Positions 39,242 through 49,060 are shown, numbered from the stretch's first letter. The stretch: DNA of 64,000 bases from an uncultured Candidatus Saccharibacteria bacterium (GCA_964575755.1 CAZNRH010000003.1:2303-66302), one strand, 5' to 3'. Made by a program: numbers and translations. Notes: a model not told the origin generated them from the sequence alone.

Positions 39242-39393
39242 TAAAATCACCTCCTTTTCCATTTTCATATTAGCTTATATAAAGCGTTTATTCAAGAAGA
39301 TTGCGCCATAATACTAATAGCGTATAATTGTGCGTACTAATCTTTTAATTATTTAGTAATTTATTAATAGCTTTCGGCTAAAATCTATTTATT

Positions 39394-39999
39394 ATGTCAA
39401 AACACAGCAAAGAGAGGACTCTTGTTATTATCAAACCAGATGGAGTGCAACGCTCACTTATTGGAGAAGTAATAGCACGGCACGAGAGAGTTGGATTAAA
39501 ACTTGTAGGTCTCAAAATACAAGTTCCTGAGGCTGGTCATGTAGAAGAACACTATACACTTGATCCGCAGTGGCGTACTGTGACAGGTGAGAAGTCAATT
39601 GAGGCATATAAAAAAAGGGGGCTTACACCTCCATCAACTGACCCCCTTGAAGTTACAGCAAAGATTCTAGAAAATTTAAAGAAATATATGACGTCCGGCC
39701 CTGTAATTATTATGGTGTGGCAAGGAGCACATAGTGTTGAGTTAGTGAGAAAACTTGTTGGTGGCACAGAACCGCTTACGTCAGATGTAGGTACTATTAG
39801 AGGGGATTATGTTTTAGACTCATATCGTATGGCAGACGAAGATGGGCGAGCTGTACGAAATGTTATCCACGCATCAGGCTCAGTTAGTGAAGCGGAGAAT
39901 GAAATTAAACATTGGTTTGAAGACAGTGAATTGATTAATTATCGTCTTGTTCAAGAAGAAATTATATACAATGTAGAATTGGATGGGATTCTTGAGTAA
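39394..39999 (+). CDS. ndk: nucleoside-diphosphate kinase
   Basis: ERTL.IIKPDGV.R, SGP, GTIRGD, N..H.S. Confidence 0.95.
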   Translation: MSKHSKERTLVIIKPDGVQRSLIGEVIARHERVGLKLVGLKIQVPEAGHVEEHYTLDPQWRTVTGEKSIEAYKKRGLTPPSTDPLEVTAKILENLKKYMTSGPVIIMVWQGAHSVELVRKLVGGTEPLTSDVGTIRGDYVLDSYRMADEDGRAVRNVIHASGSVSEAENEIKHWFEDSELINYRLVQEEIIYNVELDGILE

Positions 40000-40162
40000 A
40001 AATTAAACTTAATATAAGCCATAAAAAATGCCCAAGTACCTGTGGTATTTTTTATTAGCGACGTAGAGCGAGAGAAACGGGAAAGCGTAGCTTTTGCATT
40101 TCCGAGCCGAGGAGCTAATATGGGTTCAATACTTCGTGCTTTTAGGCTGAGGATCCTTTATA

Positions 40163-40191
40163 TTGCGAACGTCTTATTGCAGGAGTATAAT
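40163..40191 (+). promoter_or_regulatory. consensus-like promoter for a non-coding RNA
   Basis: TTGCGA-17-TATAAT. Confidence 0.7.
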
Positions 40192-40197
40192 ACAAGC

Positions 40198-40363
40198 AAG
40201 GTAACGAAAGTATTGTTCACTTAGTTACTTGTTCAGGGAAGTTTGAATGTATTAAGTATACACACAACACGGTGTATCGCTGAAAACACCCACCTTCATT
40301 TACTGAGCGAGTACTTTCGTTCCCTTATCAAAGGATCACTCAATTTGCTTGAGTGGTTTTTTG
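40198..40363 (+). ncRNA. candidate 6S-like small RNA with intrinsic terminator
   Basis: 5' AAGG-AACGAAAGTATT pairs with 3' AGTACTTTCGTT-CCTT; central unpaired region; terminator ATCACTCAA/TTGAGTGGT-T tract; no ORF. Confidence 0.55.
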
Positions 40364-40393
40364 ATTATGTATATTTGATATACTGAGACTGTT

Positions 40394-40804
40394 ATGCACA
40401 AGCATCCATTATTCATTTCATGGGCAATACTTCTAGCATGTATCGCGGTACTTCATATTATTGCGTTGGAGTTTTTCTTGTATTGGTTGTATCCGTGGTT
40501 TGACATCATGATGCATTTTCTAGGGGGTATCTTCGTTGGACTTATGTCCCTGTGGTTCTTTTTTGAATCAGGATATATAAGAGTAGACAAAAGTATACAA
40601 AACATAGTTATTATTGCAGGCGGGGCATTTGTATTTATTGGAGTTGGTTGGGAAGTGTTTGAAGTCCTTGCAGGAATACCAATTGAAGAAAATTATGTTA
40701 GCGATACTATAACTGATTTAGGTATGGGTTTCTTAGGAACATCAACAGCAGTATTTATATTTATAAAATTATTTTTATCTAAAGAAAAAGATCATGGAGA
40801 ATAA
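40394..40804 (+). CDS. small membrane protein (FD..MH..GG, WE..E, DT..D motifs; VanZ/DUF2238-like)
   Basis: Four TM segments with conserved-looking H/E/D residues. Confidence 0.7.
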   Translation: MHKHPLFISWAILLACIAVLHIIALEFFLYWLYPWFDIMMHFLGGIFVGLMSLWFFFESGYIRVDKSIQNIVIIAGGAFVFIGVGWEVFEVLAGIPIEENYVSDTITDLGMGFLGTSTAVFIFIKLFLSKEKDHGE

Positions 40805-42161
40805 AAACACAATTACATTTTACGGTGGGGCGGGTACAGTAACAGGGTCTAACTTCCTTTTAGTATTAGGTGGCACAAAGATACTTATAGACTGCGGACT
40901 AACGCAGGGGGAGAAATATAGTAGTGAGTTTAACCATGAACCATTTGTATATGACGCATCGAGTGTAGATTATTTATTTGCAACACATGCACATGCTGAC
41001 CATATAGGACTTATACCAAAGTTAGTAAAAGAAGGTTTTAATGGAATTATATATTCAACACCTGCCACGAAAGATTTGTCAGAGACTATGTTTGCAGACT
41101 CTGTAAGGATTCTTGCTCGTGAGGCTAAAAACAGCGGGACAGAGCCATTATACAGCGCAGATGATGTAGCAAAAGCCCTATCTCTATGGAGAGAGATAGA
41201 CTATCACAAAGACGAATCGCTTACCTCAGACATCTCAGTTTTTCTTAAGGATGCTGGACATATTCTCGGCTCAGCGATGATTGAGTTTACATATAAAGGG
41301 AGAAAAATAGTGTTTACAGGGGACTTGGGTAATTCACCAGCGCCCTTGCTTCGCGATACAGAAGTAGTAGACGATGCAGACTACATTGTTATCGAGAGTG
41401 TCTATGGAGACAGAAATCACGAAAACAGAGAACAACGGGAAGAGTTGTTAAAGAAAGCTATCGAAGATGTGTCAGCAAGAGGAGGTACTCTTATGATCCC
41501 TGCTTTCTCAATGGAGCGTACACAGCTGTTGTTGTACTTAATAAATAATTTTGTCGAAGACAAGGTACTGCCGAAAATTCCTGTGTTCCTTGATTCACCA
41601 CTCGCTATTAAAGTGACTGACATTTTCAAGAGATATACTCATTTGTTTAATAAAGAAGTTCGAGCAGAAATTAAAGCAGGGGACGATATTTTTGATTTCC
41701 CTCTATTTAAAGACACAAAAAACGTCTCAGAGTCGAAAGCGATATTAAAAGCGCCAGACCCGAAGATAATTATTGCCGGCTCGGGGATGTCTTCTGGTGG
41801 CAGAATTCTTCATCATGAGAAACATTATTTAGGTAATGCAAAAAACATGTTACTTCTTGTAGGATATCAAGCTGTCGGTACGTTAGGCAGATTAATCCAA
41901 GATGGCGCTAAAGAAGTGATTATTAATGATGAGACGGTAAAGATTAAAGCAGAGGTGAGAATGATATATGGTTTCTCTGCACATAAGGACTCAGACAATT
42001 TAATTGAGTTTGTTGAAAGCTCGCAGAGTTCTCTAAAGAAAGTTTTTGTAGCAATGGGTGAACCAAAATCATCTTTATTCTTAGTACAAAGACTCCGCGA
42101 TTATCTTGAAGTAGATGCCTACGCGCCAGAGCGCGGGGAAGTAGCAGATCTTGATATTTAA
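40794..42161 (+). CDS. MBL-fold beta-CASP ribonuclease (YSH1-like)
   Basis: GGA..VTGS, THAHADH.G, AGHILGS, ES.YG.R.H, SGM..GGR, FSAH.D. Confidence 0.92.
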   Translation: MENKNTITFYGGAGTVTGSNFLLVLGGTKILIDCGLTQGEKYSSEFNHEPFVYDASSVDYLFATHAHADHIGLIPKLVKEGFNGIIYSTPATKDLSETMFADSVRILAREAKNSGTEPLYSADDVAKALSLWREIDYHKDESLTSDISVFLKDAGHILGSAMIEFTYKGRKIVFTGDLGNSPAPLLRDTEVVDDADYIVIESVYGDRNHENREQREELLKKAIEDVSARGGTLMIPAFSMERTQLLLYLINNFVEDKVLPKIPVFLDSPLAIKVTDIFKRYTHLFNKEVRAEIKAGDDIFDFPLFKDTKNVSESKAILKAPDPKIIIAGSGMSSGGRILHHEKHYLGNAKNMLLLVGYQAVGTLGRLIQDGAKEVIINDETVKIKAEVRMIYGFSAHKDSDNLIEFVESSQSSLKKVFVAMGEPKSSLFLVQRLRDYLEVDAYAPERGEVADLDI

Positions 42162-42282
42162 CCTACTTAGGTGTTGGACACCTAAGTAATATTACGTATA
42201 TTTAGGTTTGCAAGACATTCAGATTTAAACAAAAACACACGCCGTATGGCGTGTTTTTCAATAATATATTGTTTGTTTCTAT

Positions 42283-42406
42283 TAAAACTTACACACTTGG
42301 ATGCAATTCAAGGCGCAAGTGGAAAATAGAAGAAATCATATGCACAATATGGTGACTGATATTTTTCACGCAGTAACGAAGAAGTGCGCCTAGTGTGTAA
42401 GTTTTA
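42283..42406 (-). mobile_element. stop-codon-anchored hairpin element, copy 7 (after rplT)
   Basis: Perfect 15-bp IR TAAAACTTACACACT/AGTGTGTAAGTTTTA; one end is the rplT stop. Confidence 0.75.
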
Positions 42407-42751
42407 CTTAGCTTGTTCAACGATTCGAGAGAAAGTCTCAGGTCGATCCTTTGCAATCTGTGAAAGTACTTTTCGATCAAGTCCGATTTCTTTCTTACCA
42501 AGTGCATATATAAACCTACTGTAAGAAGGGAAGTTGAGCGCTCGAACCGCAGCGTTGATACGCACAGTCCAAAGTCGTCTGAAGTCTCCTTTCTTGTCTT
42601 TTCTATGACCAAAAGCATTTTCTCCAGCATGCTTGATAGCATCGTATGCCATGCTCTTTTTTGTAGAACGTCCAAAACGATATCCTTTTGTTTGCTCTAA
42701 GGTGTACCCTCTGCTTTTTGATTTAGTTGTTCCTCGTTTAACTCGTGCCAT
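42404..42751 (-). CDS. rplT: 50S ribosomal protein bL20
   Basis: MARVKRG, KGY, FR.LW..RINAA.R, YS.FI, LDRKVL. Confidence 0.97.
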   Translation of the reverse strand: MARVKRGTTKSKSRGYTLEQTKGYRFGRSTKKSMAYDAIKHAGENAFGHRKDKKGDFRRLWTVRINAAVRALNFPSYSRFIYALGKKEIGLDRKVLSQIAKDRPETFSRIVEQAK

Positions 42752-42770
42752 GATATTTAGTAATTAAGTA

Positions 42771-42956
42771 TTATGCGTGTGGCATAAATTGACTTTTAAT
42801 TTTTGCTGAAATCTTAATAAGGTTAGTTCTCTTCTTTTTAAGTCGTCGTTTTGAAGATTCTTTAGCATTAAAATGGTTCTGACCAGGGGTACGCGCAAGA
42901 ACCTTACCGTTCTTGGTTACCTTTAATCGTTTTGTAAATGATTTGTTTGTCTTCAT
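42771..42956 (-). CDS. rpmI: 50S ribosomal protein bL35
   Basis: KT.K...KR.KVT..GK; between infC and rplT. Confidence 0.93.
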   Translation of the reverse strand: MKTNKSFTKRLKVTKNGKVLARTPGQNHFNAKESSKRRLKKKRTNLIKISAKIKSQFMPHA

Positions 42957-42957
42957 A

Positions 42958-43530
42958 TTATTTTTTTTCGCCAGTTGTCGGACTCTTTATCTCTTTTTGG
43001 TCTACATCTTTACTGCCTCCTTTGTTTCTCTCTAGTACCACAGTAAGACCTTTTGGGCTCTTTCGTATTTTATCGGCTACCTTATAATCTTCTGTTATAA
43101 GGTTAAGGAACCTTTCTAGTCTTTCCTTTAGAAAGCTAAACTCCATGTATTTATAGCGTCCCCATAAGAAGAGGTCTATCTTCACACGATGTCCTTCATT
43201 GAGCCATCCTGATACTCTACGAGCCTTTAGATTAAGGTCATTTTCTCCAGTTCCAATCTTTACTTGAGCTGACTTAGTCTCAGTAGTGTGAGATTTAGCC
43301 TTTATTTCCTTCTGCTTCTTTTTAAGCTCGTACTGAAACTTACCATAGTCCATTATTTTTGCAACTGGTGGCTTTGCCATTGGGGATATTTCGATTAAAT
43401 CGAGCCCCAACTCATTTGTCTTGGAAAGCGCATCTTCAAGAGATAGAACACCTAAAGCGGCGCCATCGGCGCCTAACACTCTAAGCTCTTTAGCTCTTAT
43501 ATTCTCATTAATACGTATGTACTTATTCAA
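42958..43530 (-). CDS. infC: translation initiation factor IF-3
   Basis: INE.I, LDL.EISP.A.PPV.KIMDYGK..Y. Confidence 0.96.
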   Translation of the reverse strand: MNKYIRINENIRAKELRVLGADGAALGVLSLEDALSKTNELGLDLIEISPMAKPPVAKIMDYGKFQYELKKKQKEIKAKSHTTETKSAQVKIGTGENDLNLKARRVSGWLNEGHRVKIDLFLWGRYKYMEFSFLKERLERFLNLITEDYKVADKIRKSPKGLTVVLERNKGGSKDVDQKEIKSPTTGEKK

Positions 43531-43566
43531 AACTTATGTTAGTTACAGGGCGCAGTATACCATATT

Positions 43567-44637
43567 CTACCCCTGTATTTCAAGGTCTTCTCTATAATCT
43601 ACCTCAAATATCTTCCACATAGAAAGGAAGAATCCAGCGATGATTGGACCTATAATAAATCCAGTTATTCCAAACAAAGTAAGCCCACCAAGCGTGGAAA
43701 TGAGAACAATAGCGTCAGGAATCTTAGCATCACGACCAACTAGTATTGGACGTAATATGTTGTCTATCAAGCTTATAATAATAAAGCCTCCAGCCAGCAC
43801 AAGAACTCCTTGCCATACCGCGCCTGTGAGCAAAAGTACAACTCCAGCAGGAAACCAAATAATAGTTGGACCAATGGCAGGTATAATTGAAAACATCATC
43901 ATAACGACAGTCCAAAGCAGGACTCCTTCTATTCCAGCAATCCAAAACAACACCCCGCCAATGGATCCTTGCAGTACAGCTATCACAAGAGTGCCTTTAA
44001 ATATTGACCGGATGATAATCTCAAAGTTTTTAAATAGACCTTGTTCTCGTTCATCGCCAAGCGGAAGAATGTGGGAAATCGTACGTCCTATCGACGGACC
44101 ATCACGAAGTAAGAAAAATAAAATATAAATCATCAAGAAAAAACTAATAAGTACGGAAAATGTTGCCTGTCCAAATACAACAGCCTGCCTAGCGAACCAG
44201 CCACTTGTGGATTGAACTAGGGAAGTAAGTTTTTCCTTAACAGTATCCTGCTGTATCCCATAACGCTCAAAGTAGCTAAGGGCTATAACAGTCTTATTTA
44301 CTAGGTTAGTTTGTGAAGATTCAATAGATTCGTTTGATATGCGGTTGTAGACTTGCAGAGATTCTTGAACTACGAGCCCCCCAACAGTCCAGAGAGGTAT
44401 AAATAAGACAACGATAATAGTAAGCAGTGAAAGAAGAGAAGAGAGTGTTTTATTTTTAAAAACAGTTAACCACTTCTTTTGTACAGGGTTAAATACAATA
44501 GCTAGTATAACAGCCCAGAAAATAGGCATAATAAAATCTTGGATAAGCCAAACGAATACTATCGTGGCAAAAGATAAAAGCCCAAAGAAAAGTACATTTT
44601 GTACTGTAAGGAATTTAGCTAAATGTGAGTGTTCCAT
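43567..44637 (-). CDS. AI-2E family transporter
   Basis: FFLL.DG, IP..G, DN.LRP.LVG, GG...FG..G..IGP. Confidence 0.9.
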   Translation of the reverse strand: MEHSHLAKFLTVQNVLFFGLLSFATIVFVWLIQDFIMPIFWAVILAIVFNPVQKKWLTVFKNKTLSSLLSLLTIIVVLFIPLWTVGGLVVQESLQVYNRISNESIESSQTNLVNKTVIALSYFERYGIQQDTVKEKLTSLVQSTSGWFARQAVVFGQATFSVLISFFLMIYILFFLLRDGPSIGRTISHILPLGDEREQGLFKNFEIIIRSIFKGTLVIAVLQGSIGGVLFWIAGIEGVLLWTVVMMMFSIIPAIGPTIIWFPAGVVLLLTGAVWQGVLVLAGGFIIISLIDNILRPILVGRDAKIPDAIVLISTLGGLTLFGITGFIIGPIIAGFFLSMWKIFEVDYREDLEIQG

Positions 44638-44933
44638 TAGAATGTATTGTATCACGAAGCTTAAAAATATTAAAAAAAATAAAAAACGCCCTGCATACAT
44701 GTGTAGGACGTTTTCCTATTTTGTAAAGGAGGGATATAGACACTTTAGATTAGGTGTTTAGATTATAGAAATGTTTACGTCAAATTAGTTTGCTTAAAAA
44801 CAGAAACAGCTTACAAAAGTGAACCTTTACAGGTTGCTTTTGCAGGCTGATGCGTTCAAGTAAAAAACACATGAATGATTACTAAAAAGACGATCAAAAA
44901 AGCACCAATCCGTTGAAAGACTCAGCTTTACAT

Positions 44934-45974
44934 TTATTTTCTATCAGTAGAGCTTTTTAATTTGAGCACAGTTTTAAAGATTTCCCCTGCTTCATCAGAC
45001 TTAAAAGTAAATATCTTATTTTGATTAATTAAGAGAGTTATCTTATCAGTGATTATTTCTCTTAAATATGTGTTGTTTGCTCCTATCCCACCAGAAAATA
45101 CTAGAGCATCACAGCCTTGTAGGACACCATAGTAAGCAAAGATTTGTTTAATAATTTGGTGTACAAAGATGTCGAAGGCTAGTCTTTCAGGTCCATCTTC
45201 ATGTTGAGCTTTTTCAATTATATCTTTTATATCACCACTATCTGTAATACCAAAGAATCCAGACTGCGTATTTAAAATATCTGATATTTCATCAATATTT
45301 TTACCTGTAAGTTTAGTTAAAATCTTTGGTAAGTCGGGGTCAACACTACCGCTTCTTGTCTTCATCATTATTCCATCTAGAGGAGTTAGTCCCATTGTGG
45401 TGTCTAGACTGACTCCATCTTGTACAGCAGCTATAGTAGATCCACCTCCAAGGTGTGCAAGTATTACCCGTCTAGGTTTAGTAGCACCACTTTTTTCGAA
45501 TTCATTATCTACTTGCTCTAAGACTGATTTCAATGCGATACCATGAAAACCATATTTACGTATACTATATTTCTTTGTTAGATTATGAGGGATTGGATAC
45601 GTGCTCGCATATTTTGGTATCTGTGTATGGAAAGCCGTATCAAATACTGTCACCATTGGTACATCTTTTAGGATTTCTCTTATAAGAGATATTACTTCTA
45701 AAGCTATTTTGTTATGTATAGGAGCAAATTGTTTAAATGTAGTAATTTGTTTGATAACTTTCTCATCAATCATGGTAGGTTTTGTAAGATTGCCGGCGTG
45801 AACAATACGGATACCGATTTTCCCTACGTTTGTTAATTTAGACAGCCATTCCTTCTGTTCATTAAATTGTTCGTCTAAGTTTTCAAACTTTTTTTTATCT
45901 AAAACTACTCCTGATTCATCAAATAGTGTGTATTTAACTGCGGTAGATCCGGGATTTATAATTAATATTGACAT
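44934..45974 (-). CDS. ackA: acetate kinase (short form)
   Basis: IN.GS...KY, R.VH, AP.HN, FDTAFH, YGFHG, HLG.G, DTTMGLTPLDG, RSG..DP. Confidence 0.93.
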   Translation of the reverse strand: MSILIINPGSTAVKYTLFDESGVVLDKKKFENLDEQFNEQKEWLSKLTNVGKIGIRIVHAGNLTKPTMIDEKVIKQITTFKQFAPIHNKIALEVISLIREILKDVPMVTVFDTAFHTQIPKYASTYPIPHNLTKKYSIRKYGFHGIALKSVLEQVDNEFEKSGATKPRRVILAHLGGGSTIAAVQDGVSLDTTMGLTPLDGIMMKTRSGSVDPDLPKILTKLTGKNIDEISDILNTQSGFFGITDSGDIKDIIEKAQHEDGPERLAFDIFVHQIIKQIFAYYGVLQGCDALVFSGGIGANNTYLREIITDKITLLINQNKIFTFKSDEAGEIFKTVLKLKSSTDRK

Positions 45975-45992
45975 ATTATCTTTATTTACAGA

Positions 45993-48350
45993 TTAAATTT
46001 CCCAGTTACGGATTTCATCCGGGTCCACTGAGTGTTCTTTTATATATTCTTTTTCCCATGCAAGCTTAGCATCCATTTTGCCTGTGATGTCATGAAGTTG
46101 CTCAGCTGATATTAATTTTTCTGAATGAGCTAGCAAAGACAGGTCTTTTACAAGATGAAAACGTGACAAGCCATTACGAGATTTCATATCAAATGGAGAA
46201 GTCGTAGAACCCTCTTCTTCGTAACCATTTATAATAATTCTTTTAGAAACATGATGATTAAACAAAAGCTTTTTAATAGTAGCTGGGTATCCATGAAAAT
46301 TAAATACAATAGGTTTATCTTTGGTTATGTATTCTTCAAATTTATCTTTCTTATTCAAATTTTCACCAGCTTCAGCTAGCATATCAAGACGAAGTATATT
46401 TACGAATCTAATCTTTATATTTGAAATATATTCTCGGAAAAGTTTTACTCCTATTACTGCTTCTTCTGTTACATAATCTCCACACGTAACTACAACTAAA
46501 TCTGGATTATCATCTGATAAAAAATTCCAAGTCATAATTCCTTCTCGAGTTTGTTTTAGCACTTCTTCTAGTGAAAGCCAATTTCGTTTCATTTTTTTAC
46601 CACAAACAATTACATTTAAAGAATTCTTTGATTTTAATGTTTCATTAACTGAAGCTAGCATTAAATTTTTATCTGCTGGAAAGTATAAATTTACAATATC
46701 TAAGTCACGGTCTAGCATACTTGCGATGAAAGATGGGTTTTGGTGTGAGAACCCATTATGGTCTTGTCTTTCTAGAAGGGAAGACAGTATAACAGTAAGT
46801 CCTGGCAGGGGTTTACGAAATTTTACTCGTTTTGCAATCTTTATAAATTTTGCATATTGATCAGCCATTGAAGCGACAATTTGAGCGAACGCTTCATATG
46901 TTGCAAAGATTCCATATCTTCCTGTCATAGTGTATCCCCAAAGCATCCCGAATAATGTATGTTCAGAAAGTAATTCTATTACTCTCCCGTCTCGTGACAT
47001 ATCCTTGTCCCATTCTTCTATAGGCCACTGCCATACGCGTGATGTTTCCTTAAAAACTGGATGTAAATGATTAGAGTAAGTTTCATCAGGGCTGAATAGT
47101 CTAAAATTCTTTTCATTCTTATTTTTATCAAATACTTGTGCTATATATTCACCAGCGGTTTGCATTGAATCTGTTGTAATACAACTTTTCTTTTCAAAAT
47201 CACAGAATGACTCTGATATATTAGGTGAATTTAATTCTTTTACACTACTGCCGTTTGCGTGTGTAGATACACCAACAGCACGACCTTCTTTTGGAATAAG
47301 TTCAGTTATTTCTTTATCCAGTACGATACTGCCGTCTTTTTTAAAAGAAATTAATTCATCTATATTATACGATTTCATCCAATCTTCGAGCATCTTCATT
47401 TGTTCTAGATTATTATGTAAATCATTAAATACTATTTGATGTGAAAGATGATTTCCTACTATTTTTTCACCATCAATTTCTTTAGGAGCACCGATTCCTT
47501 TTTGAGTCTTTAATATTATTATAGGCCACATAGGAGGAGCTGAATCGTTGGTCTTTTTTATTGATTGTATATGTTTGTAAGCTTCGTCAAATACTCTTAT
47601 ACCTTGTTTGTAAATATCCTCATCTATTGTGTAATCAATAAAGTATGGATGATAGCCAAGCCCTTCAAAAAACTTTCGTATTTCCGTGTCTTTCATTCTG
47701 CCAAACACTGTTGGGCCAGAGATTTTATAACCATTTAGATGTAATACTGGGAGCACTACTCCATCACCATTATTTGACGGGTTTATAAACCGATTCGCAT
47801 TCCAGCTTGCTGCGAGTGGTCCTGTTTCAGCTTCTCCGTCCCCTATAATACATACAGTTATCAAGTTTGGATTATCTAACACTGTGCCGTACGAAACGGA
47901 TAGAGAGTAGCCTAATTCTCCACCTTCTAGCACTATACCTGGAGCTTGTGGGTTTAGGTGTGATGGGTAACCATACGGTATTGAAAAATCTCTACACATA
48001 TCCTCAATTCCTTCAAGCGTGTATGGGTTTTTGTCAGGATATACTTTAGTGAGTGATCTCTCAACAAATAAGTTTGCTTGAAATGCTGGAAATCCATGTC
48101 CAGGACCTACAACAAAAAGGAAATCATTTTCTGTTTTGTTTATTAATCGGTTAATGTTTGCATACACAAAATTAATACCAGGACATGTACCCCAATGTCC
48201 CAAAAGTCTGTGTTTTATATGTTCTTTAGTCAGTTCTTCATTAAGGAAGAAATTATTGCGTAAAAAAATTTGTGCCACCGAAAGATAGTCGGTTAAACGT
48301 ACATATTTAGTCAGCGCTGATGCTTCTTTTTTAAGGACAGTTTCGGTCAT
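45993..48350 (-). CDS. xfp: phosphoketolase (XFP family)
   Basis: RLLGHWGT.PG, GPGHG, EGGELGY, GDGEAETG, LHLNGYKI, PDET.SN, QDHNGFSHQ.P. Confidence 0.96.
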   Translation of the reverse strand: MTETVLKKEASALTKYVRLTDYLSVAQIFLRNNFFLNEELTKEHIKHRLLGHWGTCPGINFVYANINRLINKTENDFLFVVGPGHGFPAFQANLFVERSLTKVYPDKNPYTLEGIEDMCRDFSIPYGYPSHLNPQAPGIVLEGGELGYSLSVSYGTVLDNPNLITVCIIGDGEAETGPLAASWNANRFINPSNNGDGVVLPVLHLNGYKISGPTVFGRMKDTEIRKFFEGLGYHPYFIDYTIDEDIYKQGIRVFDEAYKHIQSIKKTNDSAPPMWPIIILKTQKGIGAPKEIDGEKIVGNHLSHQIVFNDLHNNLEQMKMLEDWMKSYNIDELISFKKDGSIVLDKEITELIPKEGRAVGVSTHANGSSVKELNSPNISESFCDFEKKSCITTDSMQTAGEYIAQVFDKNKNEKNFRLFSPDETYSNHLHPVFKETSRVWQWPIEEWDKDMSRDGRVIELLSEHTLFGMLWGYTMTGRYGIFATYEAFAQIVASMADQYAKFIKIAKRVKFRKPLPGLTVILSSLLERQDHNGFSHQNPSFIASMLDRDLDIVNLYFPADKNLMLASVNETLKSKNSLNVIVCGKKMKRNWLSLEEVLKQTREGIMTWNFLSDDNPDLVVVTCGDYVTEEAVIGVKLFREYISNIKIRFVNILRLDMLAEAGENLNKKDKFEEYITKDKPIVFNFHGYPATIKKLLFNHHVSKRIIINGYEEEGSTTSPFDMKSRNGLSRFHLVKDLSLLAHSEKLISAEQLHDITGKMDAKLAWEKEYIKEHSVDPDEIRNWEI

Positions 48351-48460
48351 TGATATGAGTATACCATTACATCAACCACAATATGACCTATAACTTATTT
48401 AAGTAAATTGAAAAAAAAGAAGCCCCGAGAGAAGAAGGACTCCTTCGGGACTTGTGATTA

Positions 48461-49060
48461 TTAGTCGTTACGTGCAAGCTCGCAGAGCTTTGCGATACCA
48501 GCAATAAGCGTTATTTGTTGTGCTGCGGAATCTAGATTATGACAAGCAAACCGCACTGACTTTGTTCCGAGTGCATCACCATAAATTTGGTCAGGATAAA
48601 TAGAAACATCACATGCATCTCCAGGGCACATGAGGCAAAACCGTCCATCGGGACCATTGGAAAACCCTAGTTTCTAAGTGGTTCGGATTGGTATGTATCG
48701 GTGTAAATATTAAAAAAAAGAAGCACGTGCTGTGCAGAGGTACGACTAAGTTCGATATATTGTGACTTCACGATCAAAATATACCAAGAGATACAACTTG
48801 GGCTTCAAGGAGTATCAAGATTTCATCCACGAGGAATTTAATAGTTGTTTCAATGTCACCACAGGACTCTTTTGGTGAGTCGACGCCCATTTTAACCCAA
48901 CCCAATGCTTGCCCTGTCTTTTTATGCAGACAGAGTCTGGCGTCAACCATGACAGAATACTTTTTTCCTGTCCAATCAGTAATCTTAACCGAAATAAGTA
49001 AGGGGTAAAAGTGCTCCCAAAATATTTAAACTACTATAATACTGAGAGAACTCACATGGG
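48461..49060 (-). pseudogene. probable decayed hypothetical gene
   Basis: Two protein-like minus-strand segments (..FWEHFYPLL..; ..CHNLDSAAQQITLIAGIAKLCELARND*) separated by stops; hairpin at 48423..48452. Confidence 0.35.

Noticed and set aside
39095-39394. Absence of infA-rpmJ-rpsM-rpsK-rpoA after map
   Set aside because: Most likely located elsewhere in the genome; cannot be judged from this window
40042-40224. 60-aa ORF upstream of the sRNA candidate
   Set aside because: No RBS, crosses a promoter, no protein features
42289-42675. 128-aa minus-strand ORF overlapping rplT
   Set aside because: Alternative frame of rplT extended through hairpin element copy 7
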